The translations under genes and the position numbers were made by a program. Shown here piece by piece: positions 19,093-28,763 of a stretch of DNA of 64,000 bases. The notes under the pieces were generated by a model. It saw only the letters and a program-made list of their open reading frames with translations, was not told the origin of the DNA and made no database searches. Position 1 is the stretch's first letter. Every line of letters starts with the position of its first letter. Source of the stretch: an uncultured Thermoleophilia bacterium (GTDB lineage Bacteria > Actinomycetota > Thermoleophilia > UBA2241); the NCBI GenBank assembly GCA_963705205.1, contig CAVPJG010000006.1:298125-362124 (forward strand), given 5' to 3'.

Positions 19093-20412
19093 TCAGCCGG
19101 CAGAGCCGCACCAGCGCAGCAGCATCAGCGCCACCGCGGTGGCGTGGTCGACGAGGTCGGCGACCGGCACCGACTCGTCGATGGTGTGCGCCTTGGCGAG
19201 GTCGCCGGGGCCGAACGAGACCGTCGGGGTCCCGGCGACCCGGGTGAAGACGGCCGCGTCGTGCCACGAGTCGAGGCCGCCGATGCGGCCGGGCCGCCCG
19301 ACGTCCGCGGCGGCGGCCAGCGTGTCCGCCACGATCGGGGCGTCGTCCGGGACCTCCGCCGGAACGATGTCGCACGGCCACTCCCACTCCGGCGGGTGCT
19401 CGGCCAGCCAGTCGTCGTGGTCGGTCACGGCCTTGACCCAGGCCTCGACCTCGTCGAACACGTCCTGCCCGCCGCGGTCGCCGTTCACCTGGCCGGGCAT
19501 GTACACCACGGAGAGCACCGCCTCACAGGACGACGGGTAGGTGACCATCCACTCGCCGCCCCTGATCACCGTGGGCAATACGTGGGGCCGGTGCAGGTAC
19601 GGGTGGTCGAACTCCGGCCGGCCGGCCCAGTCCTCGCGCAACGCGCGCAGGCTGGCGAGCACGAGCTCCATCTTGTCGATGGCGTTGACCGGACCACCCT
19701 CGCGCCAGTGCGGGTGATGCATCTCCGCGTGGCCGGTGCGGCCGACGGTGCGAACGACGGGGTTCACGCCGCCGCGGCAGGCGACCCACACGTCGAAGGC
19801 CGTGGGCTCGGCGCAGAGGCCGGCGTCGGCGCGCACGCCGCGGGCGGCGCACGCGTTGGAGCCGGCGCCGCTCGACTCCTCGTCGGTGTTGGTGCAGAAG
19901 ACGACGTCGCCGGCGAGCTTCGCGCCCAGCCGGCCGACGGTCTCGAGCGCGAACAGCATGCCGGCGATGCCGCCCTTCATGTCGCAGCTGCCGCGCCCGT
20001 AGAGCTGGCCGTCGCGGATCTCGGGCTTGAGCGGGTGGCTCGCCCACTGGTCGAGCGGCTCGTAGGAGACGGCGTCGATGTGGCCGTTCAGGAGGAGGGA
20101 ACGGCCGCCGCCCGCGCCGCGCAGGCGCGCGGCGAGTTGCGGCCGCCCGCGGAAGTCCAGCCCGTCCGGCACCACGCGGTTTCCCGTGCCGGTCGCCGCG
20201 GGCTCCCAGACGTCCACCTCGGCGCCCAGCGCCGCCAGCCGCCGCCTCAGGTACTCCTGCAGCTCGGCCTCCTCCCGCGCCGGATCGCCGACGTTGCGCG
20301 CCGTGGTGTCGAACGCCACGAGGTCGCTCACGAGCGCCACGAGCTCGTCCCGACCCTCTCGCACGGCGGCCACGACCTGCTCCTCGAACGCCGATCGAAG
20401 GGTCTCGCTCAT
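19093..20412 (-). CDS. M20-family metallopeptidase / ArgE-DapE-like deacylase
   Basis: 439 aa. LLLNGHIDAVS, GRGSCDMKGG and TNTDEESSG segments are typical of M20 enzymes. Confidence 0.85.
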   Translation of the reverse strand: MSETLRSAFEEQVVAAVREGRDELVALVSDLVAFDTTARNVGDPAREEAELQEYLRRRLAALGAEVDVWEPAATGTGNRVVPDGLDFRGRPQLAARLRGAGGGRSLLLNGHIDAVSYEPLDQWASHPLKPEIRDGQLYGRGSCDMKGGIAGMLFALETVGRLGAKLAGDVVFCTNTDEESSGAGSNACAARGVRADAGLCAEPTAFDVWVACRGGVNPVVRTVGRTGHAEMHHPHWREGGPVNAIDKMELVLASLRALREDWAGRPEFDHPYLHRPHVLPTVIRGGEWMVTYPSSCEAVLSVVYMPGQVNGDRGGQDVFDEVEAWVKAVTDHDDWLAEHPPEWEWPCDIVPAEVPDDAPIVADTLAAAADVGRPGRIGGLDSWHDAAVFTRVAGTPTVSFGPGDLAKAHTIDESVPVADLVDHATAVALMLLRWCGSAG

Positions 20413-20511
20413 GGTGTGTCCTCCTCCAGGTCCGGTGCGGTGGAGCGGCCGCGCGGGACCTCGGGCCCGCCCGGCCGCGGTGGTTATCAGGACGGATGTG
20501 TCAGCGCAGGC

Positions 20512-20934
20512 TCACTCCGGCGGCAGCTCGCCGAACGTGATGCTGACGTCGATGCCCTGCTTGGCGCTGCGGGCCTTCCAGACGAAGTACCAGATGATGC
20601 CCGCGGCCCACGCGCCGACGAAGAGGATGATGCTCTTGCCCGTGGTCAGACGCGTGGTGGGTTCGATGAACGAGTAGTAGAGCATGGCGATGATGAAGGC
20701 GAGGTACAGCACCGCCCCGATGCTGATGATGGGCACCGGTCCGATCTTCCACGTCTTGTACGGCGACGCCTCCCAGATGCCGCGCACGTTCTTGCGGAAC
20801 GGGAACAGGAAGCCCGCGATGCCCGTGATGAGGAACACCGAGGCGAACTGCAGCCCGCCGCCGACGAGGCCGGCGAGCGAGGAGCTGAACCACAGGACCA
20901 TGGCGATCACGCCGACTCCGAAGATGATGGCCAC
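20512..20934 (-). pseudogene. C-terminal remnant of an APC-family amino-acid permease
   Basis: Only about 140 aa (3-4 TM segments), ending in the permease-tail-like KQGIDVSITFGELPPE. The upstream reading frame closes at a stop about 57 nt before the GTG. There is no room for the roughly 300 missing N-terminal residues before the next gene. Confidence 0.55.
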
Positions 20935-21009
20935 CAGTCCTCGAGGGCGGGAGCTGCAGAAGATGCGGAAGGCCTCTACTACCGAATGCTACGGGCAAGA
21001 CTCAGAGTG

Positions 21010-21519
21010 TCAAGGACCGTTTCGCTCCAGAAGAGCGCGCGCGAGCTCGGCGCCCCACGCGCGCGCCCGCTCCGCTTCGCCCTTCTTGAGCGGGCCCTGC
21101 GAGCCCTTGACGACGAAGCCCTGCGGCTCGGCGACGCGCGCGTATCCTCGCGCCTCGAGCAGCTCGAGGATCTCCGGCGCTCCCCTGCCGAACGGGCCGC
21201 GGACCTGGGTGTCGAAGGCGGCGCAGCCCGCGCCGCCGTGCGGCAGATCCGCCAGCCAGGTACGCAGCAGGGGGCAGGAGAGGTCCGGAGCGGGACCCTT
21301 GCCCGGGCTCCGGCGGACGCCGTCGCGCATCTTCTGCGAGGAGAGCTTGAAGCCGAGCACCGGGGCGCCGGCGACGACGAGGTCCGCGCCGGCGGCCTCG
21401 GCGGCGGAGGCCTCGTCGGTGCGCAGGGCGCGAGCGCCGGAGCCCAGGCCCTCGGCCACCGCCCGGGCCACCTCCGCCGTGTTGCCCCACAAGGACTCGT
21501 AGACCACGATCGCGTTCAT
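21010..21519 (-). CDS. Flavodoxin-like protein
   Basis: From the ATG at 21519: MNAIVVYESLWGNTAEVARAVAEGL..., 169 aa. The longer ORF-track N-terminus is Arg/Ser-rich junk. Confidence 0.75.
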   Translation of the reverse strand: MNAIVVYESLWGNTAEVARAVAEGLGSGARALRTDEASAAEAAGADLVVAGAPVLGFKLSSQKMRDGVRRSPGKGPAPDLSCPLLRTWLADLPHGGAGCAAFDTQVRGPFGRGAPEILELLEARGYARVAEPQGFVVKGSQGPLKKGEAERARAWGAELARALLERNGP

Positions 21520-21661
21520 CGTCCGCCCTTTCTCCCGGGCGCTCCCTAAGGCCCGGCAACGCCGCTCCCGACGCCGCGATGGTACGACGCCGGCCCCGCT
21601 TCGCCGCCGTCTCCCGAGGGTAGTACGACTCCCGAGACACTGATTCCCGGGGAGGGCGAGC

Positions 21662-24160
21662 ATGGCTGCGGAAGAACGGCTGCGCGACGCGACGCCGAAG
21701 GCGACGGACTTCGACCCGCGGGCCGCCGAGGCGCCGCCCACGCGGGCGCGGGCCGTGGTGGTCGGCGGCGGCATCATCGGCGCTTCCGTCGCCTACCACC
21801 TCGCCCGGCTGGGCTGGGCGGACACCGTCATCCTCGAGCGCAGCCGGGTCTCGAGCGGCACCACCTGGCACGCCGCGGGGCTCATGACCCGCACACGCGG
21901 CACTCACGTCCAGACGGGGCTCGCGAGCTACAGCCGCGATTTCTACAAGGAGCTCGCGGCGCTCACCGGCGTCGACGTCGGCTACTACCCCAATGGCTCA
22001 CTCTCGGTCGCCCGCACCGACGAACGCCTCACGGAACTGCGCTACGCGCTCACGATGGCGCGCCACCACGACCTGCCGGCGCGCGAGCTGACGACGGGCG
22101 AGATCGCCCGTGTCTCGCCGCTGCTCGCCGTCGACGACCTCGCCGGCGGGGTGCTCTTCGAGGACGACGCGACGGTCAATCCGGGCTGGGCCGCCTACGC
22201 GACGGCCAAGGCGGCCTTCGACCTGGGCGTACGCGTCATCGAGGGAGTGCGGGTCACCGGGTTCAGCCTCCGCGGTGGCCGCGTCGTCGCTGCGGAGACC
22301 GACCGCGGCGACGTGGAGTGCGAGGTCGCGGTGATCGCCGCCGGGCTCTGGTCGCGCGACCTCGGCCTGCTCGCCGGCGCCCGGCTGGCGCTGCACCCCG
22401 CCGAACACTACTGGGCGCAGACGGAGCCGGTGGACGGAGCTACGCGCGACCTGCCGATCGTCCGCGACCTTGACGGCTCCATCTACGTGCGGCACTACCG
22501 GGGCGGCCTCCTCGTCGGCGCCTTCGAGCCCGATGGCCGACCGCGCACGACCGCCTCCATGCCGCCCGACTTCGCGTTCGGCGAGTTCGAGCCGGACCTC
22601 GAGCACTTCGCGCGCCCGCTCGCCCAGGCGACGGTGCGCGTGCCGGCGCTGCGGGAGGCGCGCTTCGCGCACTACCTGTGCGCGCCGGAGAGCTTCACCC
22701 CCGACGGGAACTTCCTGCTCGGCGAGACCGCCGAGGTCGCCGGGCTCTTCGTCGCCGCGGGCATGAACTCGCAGGGCATCATCCTCGGGCCGGGCGCCGG
22801 GCGTGCGCTCGCGGAGTGGATCGACGCCGGCGCCCCGACGGAGGACGTCGCCGACCTCGACGTGCGCCGCTTCTCGCCGGCGCAGGGCAACGCGAGCTAC
22901 CTGTACGCACGCACGCGCGAGTCGCTGGGGCGGCTGTACGCGATGCACTGGCCGTTCCTGCAGCCCGGTACGGCGCGTGGACTGCGGCGCGTCCCTCTGT
23001 ACGACCGCCTCGCCGCGGCCGGGGCCTGCTTCGGCGAGGCGGCCGGCTGGGAGCGTCCGAACTGGTACGCGCCGCCGGGCGAGCGCCCGGAGTACGCGTA
23101 CTCCTACGGCCGGCAGAACTGGTTCGGCGCGGTCGCCGACGAGCACCGCGCCGCGCGTGAGGGCGTCGCGCTGTTCGACCTCTCCTCGTTCGCCAAGGTC
23201 AGAGTGGACGGCCCGGAGGCGCTGCCCACCGTCCAGCGGGTCTTCACCGCGGACCTGGACCGGCCGCCGGGCAGCGTCGTGTACGCGGCGATGCTCAACG
23301 TGCGCGGCGGGATCGAGCTCGACGCGACGGTCACGCGGCTCGCCGGCGACGCGTTCCTCATCGTCACCTCCGCGGCGGCGCAGCACAAGGCGTTCCATTG
23401 GCTGCGCCGCCACGCAGGCGCCGGGGCCGTCGTCACCGACGTCACTGCGGGCCTCGGCGTTCTCTCGGTGACGGGGCCACGCGCGCGGGACCTGCTCGCC
23501 GGCCTCACCGAGGCCGACCTGAGCCCCGCGGCCTTCCCCTTCGCCCGCGCTCGTGAGATCGACGTGGGCTGGGCGACCGTGCTGGCCCTGCGCGTCTCCT
23601 TCACGGGCGAGCTCGGCTGGGAACTCTACACGCCGGTGGAGTCCCTGCCGGTCCTGTACGACCAGCTCCTCGGCGTCGGCGCGGATCACGGCCTGCGGCA
23701 CGCCGGCTACCACGCGCTGGACGGGCTGCGCGCCGAGAAGGGCTTCGTGCACTGGGGCGCGGACGCGGGGCCGGCCGACACGCCGTCCGAGGCCGGCCTC
23801 GGGGCCGTCGTCGCCCCGGACAAGCCCGGCGGGTTCATCGGGCGGGACGCGCTGCTGGCCGATGGCGCGCCGCGTCGCCGGCTGGTGCCCGTCCTGCTCG
23901 CCGATCCGGAGCCGCAGCTCTACCACGGCGAATCCGTGCTGCAGGACGGCCGCATCGTCGGCCGCGTCACCTCGGGCGCGTACGGACACACCCTCGGCGC
24001 GGCGGTAGGCCTGGCCGCCATCGCCGGCGAGCCCGCCGAGGTCGACGACGTCGTGGCCCGCGGCGCCGTCGAGGTGGAGATCGCGGGCGAGCGAGCGCCG
24101 GCGCGGCTGAGCGCGCGCGCCTTCTACGACCCGGACGGGCTGCGCCTGCGCCGCGCCTGA
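21662..24160 (+). CDS. Dimethylglycine/sarcosine oxidase-dehydrogenase-like protein (FAD oxidoreductase fused to GcvT aminomethyltransferase domain)
   Basis: 832 aa. N-terminal VVVGGGIIGASVAYHL dinucleotide fold. The C-terminal half is GcvT-like (LFDLSSFAKVRVDGPEA...). Confidence 0.85.
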   Translation: MAAEERLRDATPKATDFDPRAAEAPPTRARAVVVGGGIIGASVAYHLARLGWADTVILERSRVSSGTTWHAAGLMTRTRGTHVQTGLASYSRDFYKELAALTGVDVGYYPNGSLSVARTDERLTELRYALTMARHHDLPARELTTGEIARVSPLLAVDDLAGGVLFEDDATVNPGWAAYATAKAAFDLGVRVIEGVRVTGFSLRGGRVVAAETDRGDVECEVAVIAAGLWSRDLGLLAGARLALHPAEHYWAQTEPVDGATRDLPIVRDLDGSIYVRHYRGGLLVGAFEPDGRPRTTASMPPDFAFGEFEPDLEHFARPLAQATVRVPALREARFAHYLCAPESFTPDGNFLLGETAEVAGLFVAAGMNSQGIILGPGAGRALAEWIDAGAPTEDVADLDVRRFSPAQGNASYLYARTRESLGRLYAMHWPFLQPGTARGLRRVPLYDRLAAAGACFGEAAGWERPNWYAPPGERPEYAYSYGRQNWFGAVADEHRAAREGVALFDLSSFAKVRVDGPEALPTVQRVFTADLDRPPGSVVYAAMLNVRGGIELDATVTRLAGDAFLIVTSAAAQHKAFHWLRRHAGAGAVVTDVTAGLGVLSVTGPRARDLLAGLTEADLSPAAFPFARAREIDVGWATVLALRVSFTGELGWELYTPVESLPVLYDQLLGVGADHGLRHAGYHALDGLRAEKGFVHWGADAGPADTPSEAGLGAVVAPDKPGGFIGRDALLADGAPRRRLVPVLLADPEPQLYHGESVLQDGRIVGRVTSGAYGHTLGAAVGLAAIAGEPAEVDDVVARGAVEVEIAGERAPARLSARAFYDPDGLRLRRA

Positions 24161-24241
24161 CCCCCACGGTCGGTCGCCGCGACCCCCGACCCTTCGGGCG
24201 AGGCCCAGCCCATTCTCAGGCGGAGGGCGTAGGATGTCCGC

Positions 24242-25420
24242 GTGAGACGCATGCTCGCGCAGACGTGGGCGGCCGGCCGCTCTGGTCTGGTCCCGGCGCT
24301 CGGCATCGCCGGCGTCCTTTGCCTCTGCATCGCCGGCGTCGCCGGCATCACTTCGGCGCAGGGCAGCCCGGCGCTCCGCGCCTCTTCCTCCTCCTCGCCG
24401 TCGCCCTCACCCTCGGCGTCCCCCGGCATCAGCGAGACCTTGACCACGGCGGTCGTGCGCGGCGTCACGGTGCACCGGGGCTCGGTCGCCGGCGTGCGTT
24501 ACCGCGCCGACGGCACGGCCGGCGGCGCGGTGACCCTCGACCTGCTCATCACGACACGCGCCGGCACAGTGGTCCGGCGCCTGGTGACCGGCCGCGTGAC
24601 CGCGGTCGGCGTGGAGCGCCTGTGGCGCGGCCGCCTGCGGCTGCGCCGCGGCCGCTACCTGCTCGTCGCGCACGCCGTGGACGCGAGCGGCCGCTCCGAG
24701 GCGCACGCGCGCGCGGCGGAGCTGCGCGTGCTCGCGCCGCTCCCCGCGCTCGTGCCCACGGCGAGCGCACGGCGCGCCGCCTTCGCCTGGGCGGCGCGGC
24801 GCGCCGGCGACGTGGCCGTCGCCGTCGTCGACAGCCGCGGCCACGCGTACGGCTATCACGAGCGGCGCTCGTTCATCACCGCCAGCGTCGTCAAGGCGAT
24901 GCTCCTGGTCGCGTACCTGCGCCGGCACGACACGCTGGACCCGGCGATGCGCGCGACGCTCACGCGCATGATCACCGCCTCGGACAACGACGCGGCCGAC
25001 GCGGCCTATCGGCGCGTCGGCCGCGAGGGCCTCGCGCAGTTCGCGGACCGCGCCGGCATGCGGTCGTTCCGCGCGAGCGGCGCCTGGATCCTGTGCCGCG
25101 TCGCCGCCGCGGACATGGCGCGCTTCTTCCGGGACATGGAGCGCTACATCCCCAGTCAGCACCGCCGCTTCGCCAACGGCCTGCTGGCCGGCGTCGTCTC
25201 GTACCAGCGCTGGGGCATCCCCGCGGCCGCGGGACCCCTCGGCTACCGCGTCTACTTCAAGCCGGGCTGGCTCGGCGCCTGGGTCCTGGCCAACCAGGCG
25301 GCCCGCCTCGAGCGCCGCAGCCTCCGCATCGGCCTCGCCGTCTTCACGGACCACAACCCGTCGTCCACGTACGGCAAGGAGACGGTGGCCGGCATCACGG
25401 CGCGCCTGCTGCGGCGCTGA
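24242..25420 (+). CDS. Secreted class-A beta-lactamase-like serine hydrolase
   Basis: Signal peptide, Ser/Pro linker, then SVVK (SxxK) and SDN motifs in the C-terminal domain. Confidence 0.7.
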   Translation: MRRMLAQTWAAGRSGLVPALGIAGVLCLCIAGVAGITSAQGSPALRASSSSSPSPSPSASPGISETLTTAVVRGVTVHRGSVAGVRYRADGTAGGAVTLDLLITTRAGTVVRRLVTGRVTAVGVERLWRGRLRLRRGRYLLVAHAVDASGRSEAHARAAELRVLAPLPALVPTASARRAAFAWAARRAGDVAVAVVDSRGHAYGYHERRSFITASVVKAMLLVAYLRRHDTLDPAMRATLTRMITASDNDAADAAYRRVGREGLAQFADRAGMRSFRASGAWILCRVAAADMARFFRDMERYIPSQHRRFANGLLAGVVSYQRWGIPAAAGPLGYRVYFKPGWLGAWVLANQAARLERRSLRIGLAVFTDHNPSSTYGKETVAGITARLLRR

Positions 25421-25579
25421 CGCCCCCGCTCACGCCGGTCGCGCCAGCGGCCCGCGCGGTGTGGTACCACTACGATGTTCATCACACCCCGACGAATGTT
25501 CCGGGGGCGCCGACCCGTGTCCGGCCGATACCCGAGAGTGAAGCCGGCGCGAGACGCGCCGTCCGTTCGGGGAGCAGGG

Positions 25580-25840
25580 ATGAGCGCCGACCGTCAGGCC
25601 TACAGCCGCTATCAGATCCTCTGTGCCGAGCGAGCCGCTTGGATCGAGGGAGAAACGGCGGACGCCGACGCGTTCTACTACGACGGCGTCAGCTTCTGGC
25701 GCGTCGCCGGCGACGGCAAGAAGCGCCTCGTCCCGTCCTGGCGGGCTCCCGGGCACGGCTGGCAGCACGACGAGGGCTGCACCTGCGACCTCTGCACAGC
25801 ACTCCGGCCGGCGAGGCTGCACCCGGCCTCCGTCGCCTGA
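25580..25840 (+). CDS. Small hypothetical protein ending in a C-x-C-x2-C motif (paralogue of 44278..44517)
   Basis: ATG at 25580 follows GGAGCAGG. 86 aa, ...FYYDGVSFWR...GWQHDEGCTCDLC... It aligns along its length with the ORF at 44278..44517. Confidence 0.55.
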   Translation: MSADRQAYSRYQILCAERAAWIEGETADADAFYYDGVSFWRVAGDGKKRLVPSWRAPGHGWQHDEGCTCDLCTALRPARLHPASVA

Positions 25841-25853
25841 AGCCTGGGCCGCC

Positions 25854-26777
25854 CTATCCGAGACGGGCGCCGGGGCGGAGGCCGGCCGCGGCGGCCCACT
25901 CGCCGGCGCCCATCTTGACGCCGCCCTCCGGGCGCACCCGCGTCACGCGTAGGCGGCCGTCGGCGCACACGACGCTGAACCCGTCCTCGTCGACGTCGAC
26001 GACCTCTCCCATGGCGCCGCCGAGGCCCGCGACGTCTCGGGCGGGTCGCGGCGCCGCCGCGACCACCTGCAGGGCCTGGCCGCCGCAGGTGGTCCAGGCC
26101 CCCGGCGCCGGGTCGCAGCCGCGGACAAGGTCGTGGAGCTGTCGGCACGGCTTGCCCCAGTCGAGGCGCGCGTTCTCCCGCCCGCAAGGCGCCTCGTAGG
26201 TGGCCAGCGACTCGTCCTGAGGCAGGCGCGGCGCGGTGCCCGCCTTCACCAGGTCGATCGCCTCGAGCAACGCCTCCACGCCCATCGGAAAGAGGCGGTC
26301 GAAGTAGACCGAGCCGAGGGTGTCGTCGGCGGCGATGGGCGTGCGCTTCTGCAGCAGGATCTGACCGGTGTCGATCCCGCCGTCCGGCCAGAAGACCGTG
26401 AGGCCGGTCTCGGTCTCCCCCTTGATGATCGGCCAGTTGATCGCGCTGCGCCCGCGGTGTCGCGGCAGCAGCGACGGGTGATACTGGATGGTCCCGTGCA
26501 CCGGGACGGCGAGGAACCCGGCCGGCACGATCAGCGTGACGAAGGCCATCACCTGGAGGTCGGGCGCGAACGCGCGGAGCTCCTCCGTCATCGCAGGATC
26601 GCGGAACGACGCCGGGCGGACGAGCGGCAGGCCGGCGGCCGAGGCCGCCTCCGCGAGCGGGTCCTCTCTCTTCCCCTCGGGCGGGGCATAGACGGCGACG
26701 ACCTCGTCGCGGCGTTCGAGCAGCGCCTCGAGCACGGCCTTGCCGAAGGCCTGCTGGCCGTGCACCACGATCCGCAT
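25854..26777 (-). CDS. Formyltransferase-family protein (Fmt / 10-formyl-THF-utilising type)
   Basis: MRIVVHGQQAFG ... HPSLLPRHRGRSAINWPI ... GLTVFWPDGGIDTGQIL. Both N- and C-terminal formyltransferase domains are present. Confidence 0.8.
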   Translation of the reverse strand: MRIVVHGQQAFGKAVLEALLERRDEVVAVYAPPEGKREDPLAEAASAAGLPLVRPASFRDPAMTEELRAFAPDLQVMAFVTLIVPAGFLAVPVHGTIQYHPSLLPRHRGRSAINWPIIKGETETGLTVFWPDGGIDTGQILLQKRTPIAADDTLGSVYFDRLFPMGVEALLEAIDLVKAGTAPRLPQDESLATYEAPCGRENARLDWGKPCRQLHDLVRGCDPAPGAWTTCGGQALQVVAAAPRPARDVAGLGGAMGEVVDVDEDGFSVVCADGRLRVTRVRPEGGVKMGAGEWAAAAGLRPGARLG

Positions 26778-26807
26778 CGGTCCCTCCTCGGCGCTCGACC
26801 CGGAGGA

Positions 26808-27971
26808 CTAGAAGCGTCCGCCGATCCAGGCGCCGCTGATGGAGCCGTAGCTCACCACGGCTCCTGTGTGCGGGGCGTGGATCATGCTGCCGCCGCCGAC
26901 GTAGATGCCGACGTGGTGGCTGTAGCTGGCGCCGCCGAAGAAGACGAGGTCACCCGGCTGGAGGGCGCCCAGCGGGACGGGCGTGCTCTGGCGCTGCTGG
27001 TCGGTGGCGCCGTGGGACATCCCGATGCCGATCTGCGCGTAGCAGTACATGGTGAGTCCGCTGCAGTCGAAGCCGCTCGGGCTGGCCCCTCCCCACACGT
27101 AAGGCACGCCCAGATAGCGCTGCGCGATGGCGACGACGGCCGAGCGCCCGGAGCCGCCGGGGTCGACGACCGTGCCGCCGCCGGAGCCCGATGACGACGA
27201 GCCACCGGACGAGCCGCTCGCGGCCGAGGACGAGGCCTGCGAGGCCGCCAGCGCGGCGGCCTTCTCGGCGGCCTTCTTGGCGGCGGCGGCAGCCTTGGCC
27301 TCCAGCTCGGCGATCTCGTCCTTGAGGCCGCCGGCGGTGCTCTCGAGCTGGGCCTGCAGCGCCAGCACCTGGTCTTTACTCTCCTCGCGCTGGGCCACCA
27401 GTCTGACCGCCGCCTTGCGGTCTTCCTGGAGGGCCACGCGCCGGTCGGAGATCTCCTGGCGGTACGCCCTGGCGGCGCGCGCCGTCCGGGCGTCGCTCTC
27501 CGTCATGCGCTGCATCATGTCGATCTGCGTGAGGAGGTCCTCGAACGTCCGTGACGCGAACACGACGTCGAGGATGCCGGCGTCGTCCGCCTTGTAGACC
27601 TGGCGAGCGCGGGACGTGAGGTGGTCGTTGGCCACGCCGAGCTTGTACTCGGCGACCTTGAGCAGGTGCTGGTTACGGGTGATGCGGTCCTGCACGTCCC
27701 CGAGCCTGGAGGCCGCCTCGTTGTAGCGCTCGACCGCCATGTCCGACTGCTCGTAGACCTGGCTGAGCTGCGCCTGGACGGCCGCGAGCCTGGCCTTCTT
27801 GGCCTTGATGGGGCCGGCCACCACCGTGGTGGCGAGGACGAGCAGGGCGAGGAGCGAGATGAGACCGAGGAAGGTGGCCTTGCGGATGGGGGTCAAGCGG
27901 ATCGCCTCCTTCGCGCCGGTGGACTCACGGTCCCTGGCCCGGCGCCGGGCTTGAGCTTGGCACCGTAGCAC
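26808..27971 (-). CDS. RipA-like secreted peptidoglycan endopeptidase (coiled coil + NlpC/P60)
   Basis: Long coiled-coil region, Ser/Gly linker, then the C-terminal YVWGGASPSGFDCSGL ... HHVGIYVG NlpC/P60 catalytic motifs. The true start is probably an internal TTG near 27897. Confidence 0.85.
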   Translation of the reverse strand: MLRCQAQARRRARDRESTGAKEAIRLTPIRKATFLGLISLLALLVLATTVVAGPIKAKKARLAAVQAQLSQVYEQSDMAVERYNEAASRLGDVQDRITRNQHLLKVAEYKLGVANDHLTSRARQVYKADDAGILDVVFASRTFEDLLTQIDMMQRMTESDARTARAARAYRQEISDRRVALQEDRKAAVRLVAQREESKDQVLALQAQLESTAGGLKDEIAELEAKAAAAAKKAAEKAAALAASQASSSAASGSSGGSSSSGSGGGTVVDPGGSGRSAVVAIAQRYLGVPYVWGGASPSGFDCSGLTMYCYAQIGIGMSHGATDQQRQSTPVPLGALQPGDLVFFGGASYSHHVGIYVGGGSMIHAPHTGAVVSYGSISGAWIGGRF

Positions 27972-28048
27972 CCGGCGCCGCCCGGGGCAAACCGCGCGGC
28001 GTCGTGGCGAGGCGGAGCGTGCGGCAGGCGAGCGCGCATCTCCGCTGG

Positions 28049-28444
28049 TCAGCTCCGGTTGTAGAAGCCGGGTGCACGCACGGCGGAGGCCACATCGCCG
28101 CGCACGTCCATTGTGTGCGCCGCGACCAGCAGCACATCCCTGCCGATGTGCTGCAGCGCGCCCTCGACAGCGTAGGCGAGGCCGCTACAGAAGTCCGTCA
28201 GACGGCCGGCAAGGTCGGGGTCGCAGTCGTGGAAGTCGACGAGGACGGGGATGCCGGCACGGACGCTGTCGGCGATGGCCTGCGCCGCCTCGAAGCTCTC
28301 CGGCCTGACCAGCTCGAACGCCAGCCGCGGGCGGCTCACCAGCTCCAGGGGTCGCGGCGCCGTCTCCCGGTCCCACCCGGCCGCGGCGCCTCCGCGCTCG
28401 TGGTCGTCGTGCCGGTCGTCGTGGCGGTCGCGCGCTGAGACCAT
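28049..28444 (-). CDS. sepF: SepF-like cell-division protein
   Basis: ATG at 28444 follows a GGAGGAAG SD. C-terminal DUF552-like core VRPESFEAAQAIADSVRAGIPVLVDFHDCDPDLAGRLTDFCSGLAYAV. Confidence 0.75.
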   Translation of the reverse strand: MVSARDRHDDRHDDHERGGAAAGWDRETAPRPLELVSRPRLAFELVRPESFEAAQAIADSVRAGIPVLVDFHDCDPDLAGRLTDFCSGLAYAVEGALQHIGRDVLLVAAHTMDVRGDVASAVRAPGFYNRS

Positions 28445-28763
28445 GCTTCCTCCGGTCGGTCGGGCCTGCATCCGTCTTCCTTCGGCGCCGCGCCACGGTT
28501 CGCCTGCCTCCGACCCGGGTACGGCTGAAGTCCACCTCCCTGACGGCCGGACGACGACGCGACCCTGCAGGAGGCGCGATGAAGGAGCACACGGCTGCGC
28601 CGCGACGACGTCCTGCTGCTGCTCGCCGACGAGCACTCCCAGCGCCTGCTGGACGAGCGCGCGGAGCTGGTGCGCGAACTGTCCCCGCTCTCGGTGTGCG
28701 CACGCGAGGAGAGCGCCTGACCGCGGTGCGGCGCCGGCGCTGCTCCTCGCGCCCGGGAACGCC

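Noticed and set aside
18982-21549. Very long ORFs in the track: 855 aa here, 743 aa at 16749-18980, 663 aa at 21998-23989, 644 aa at 28251-30185, 491 aa at 40699-42174, and many others.
   Set aside because: They run antisense or out of frame to genes with clear family signatures, and they are Arg/Gly/Pro/Ala-rich with no motifs. This is the expected stop-codon-poor artefact of GC-rich DNA.
28579-28720. A small ORF with a good SD (GGAGG then ATG at 28579) in the 320-bp gap between the rSAM and sepF genes. A neighbouring frame reads a protein-like …DDVLLLLADEHSQRLLDERAELVRELSPLSVCAREESA.
   Set aside because: The ATG frame gives Arg/Ala-rich junk. The protein-like frame has no start codon and would need a frameshift to connect. 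This may be a gene remnant, but I cannot support it as a feature.
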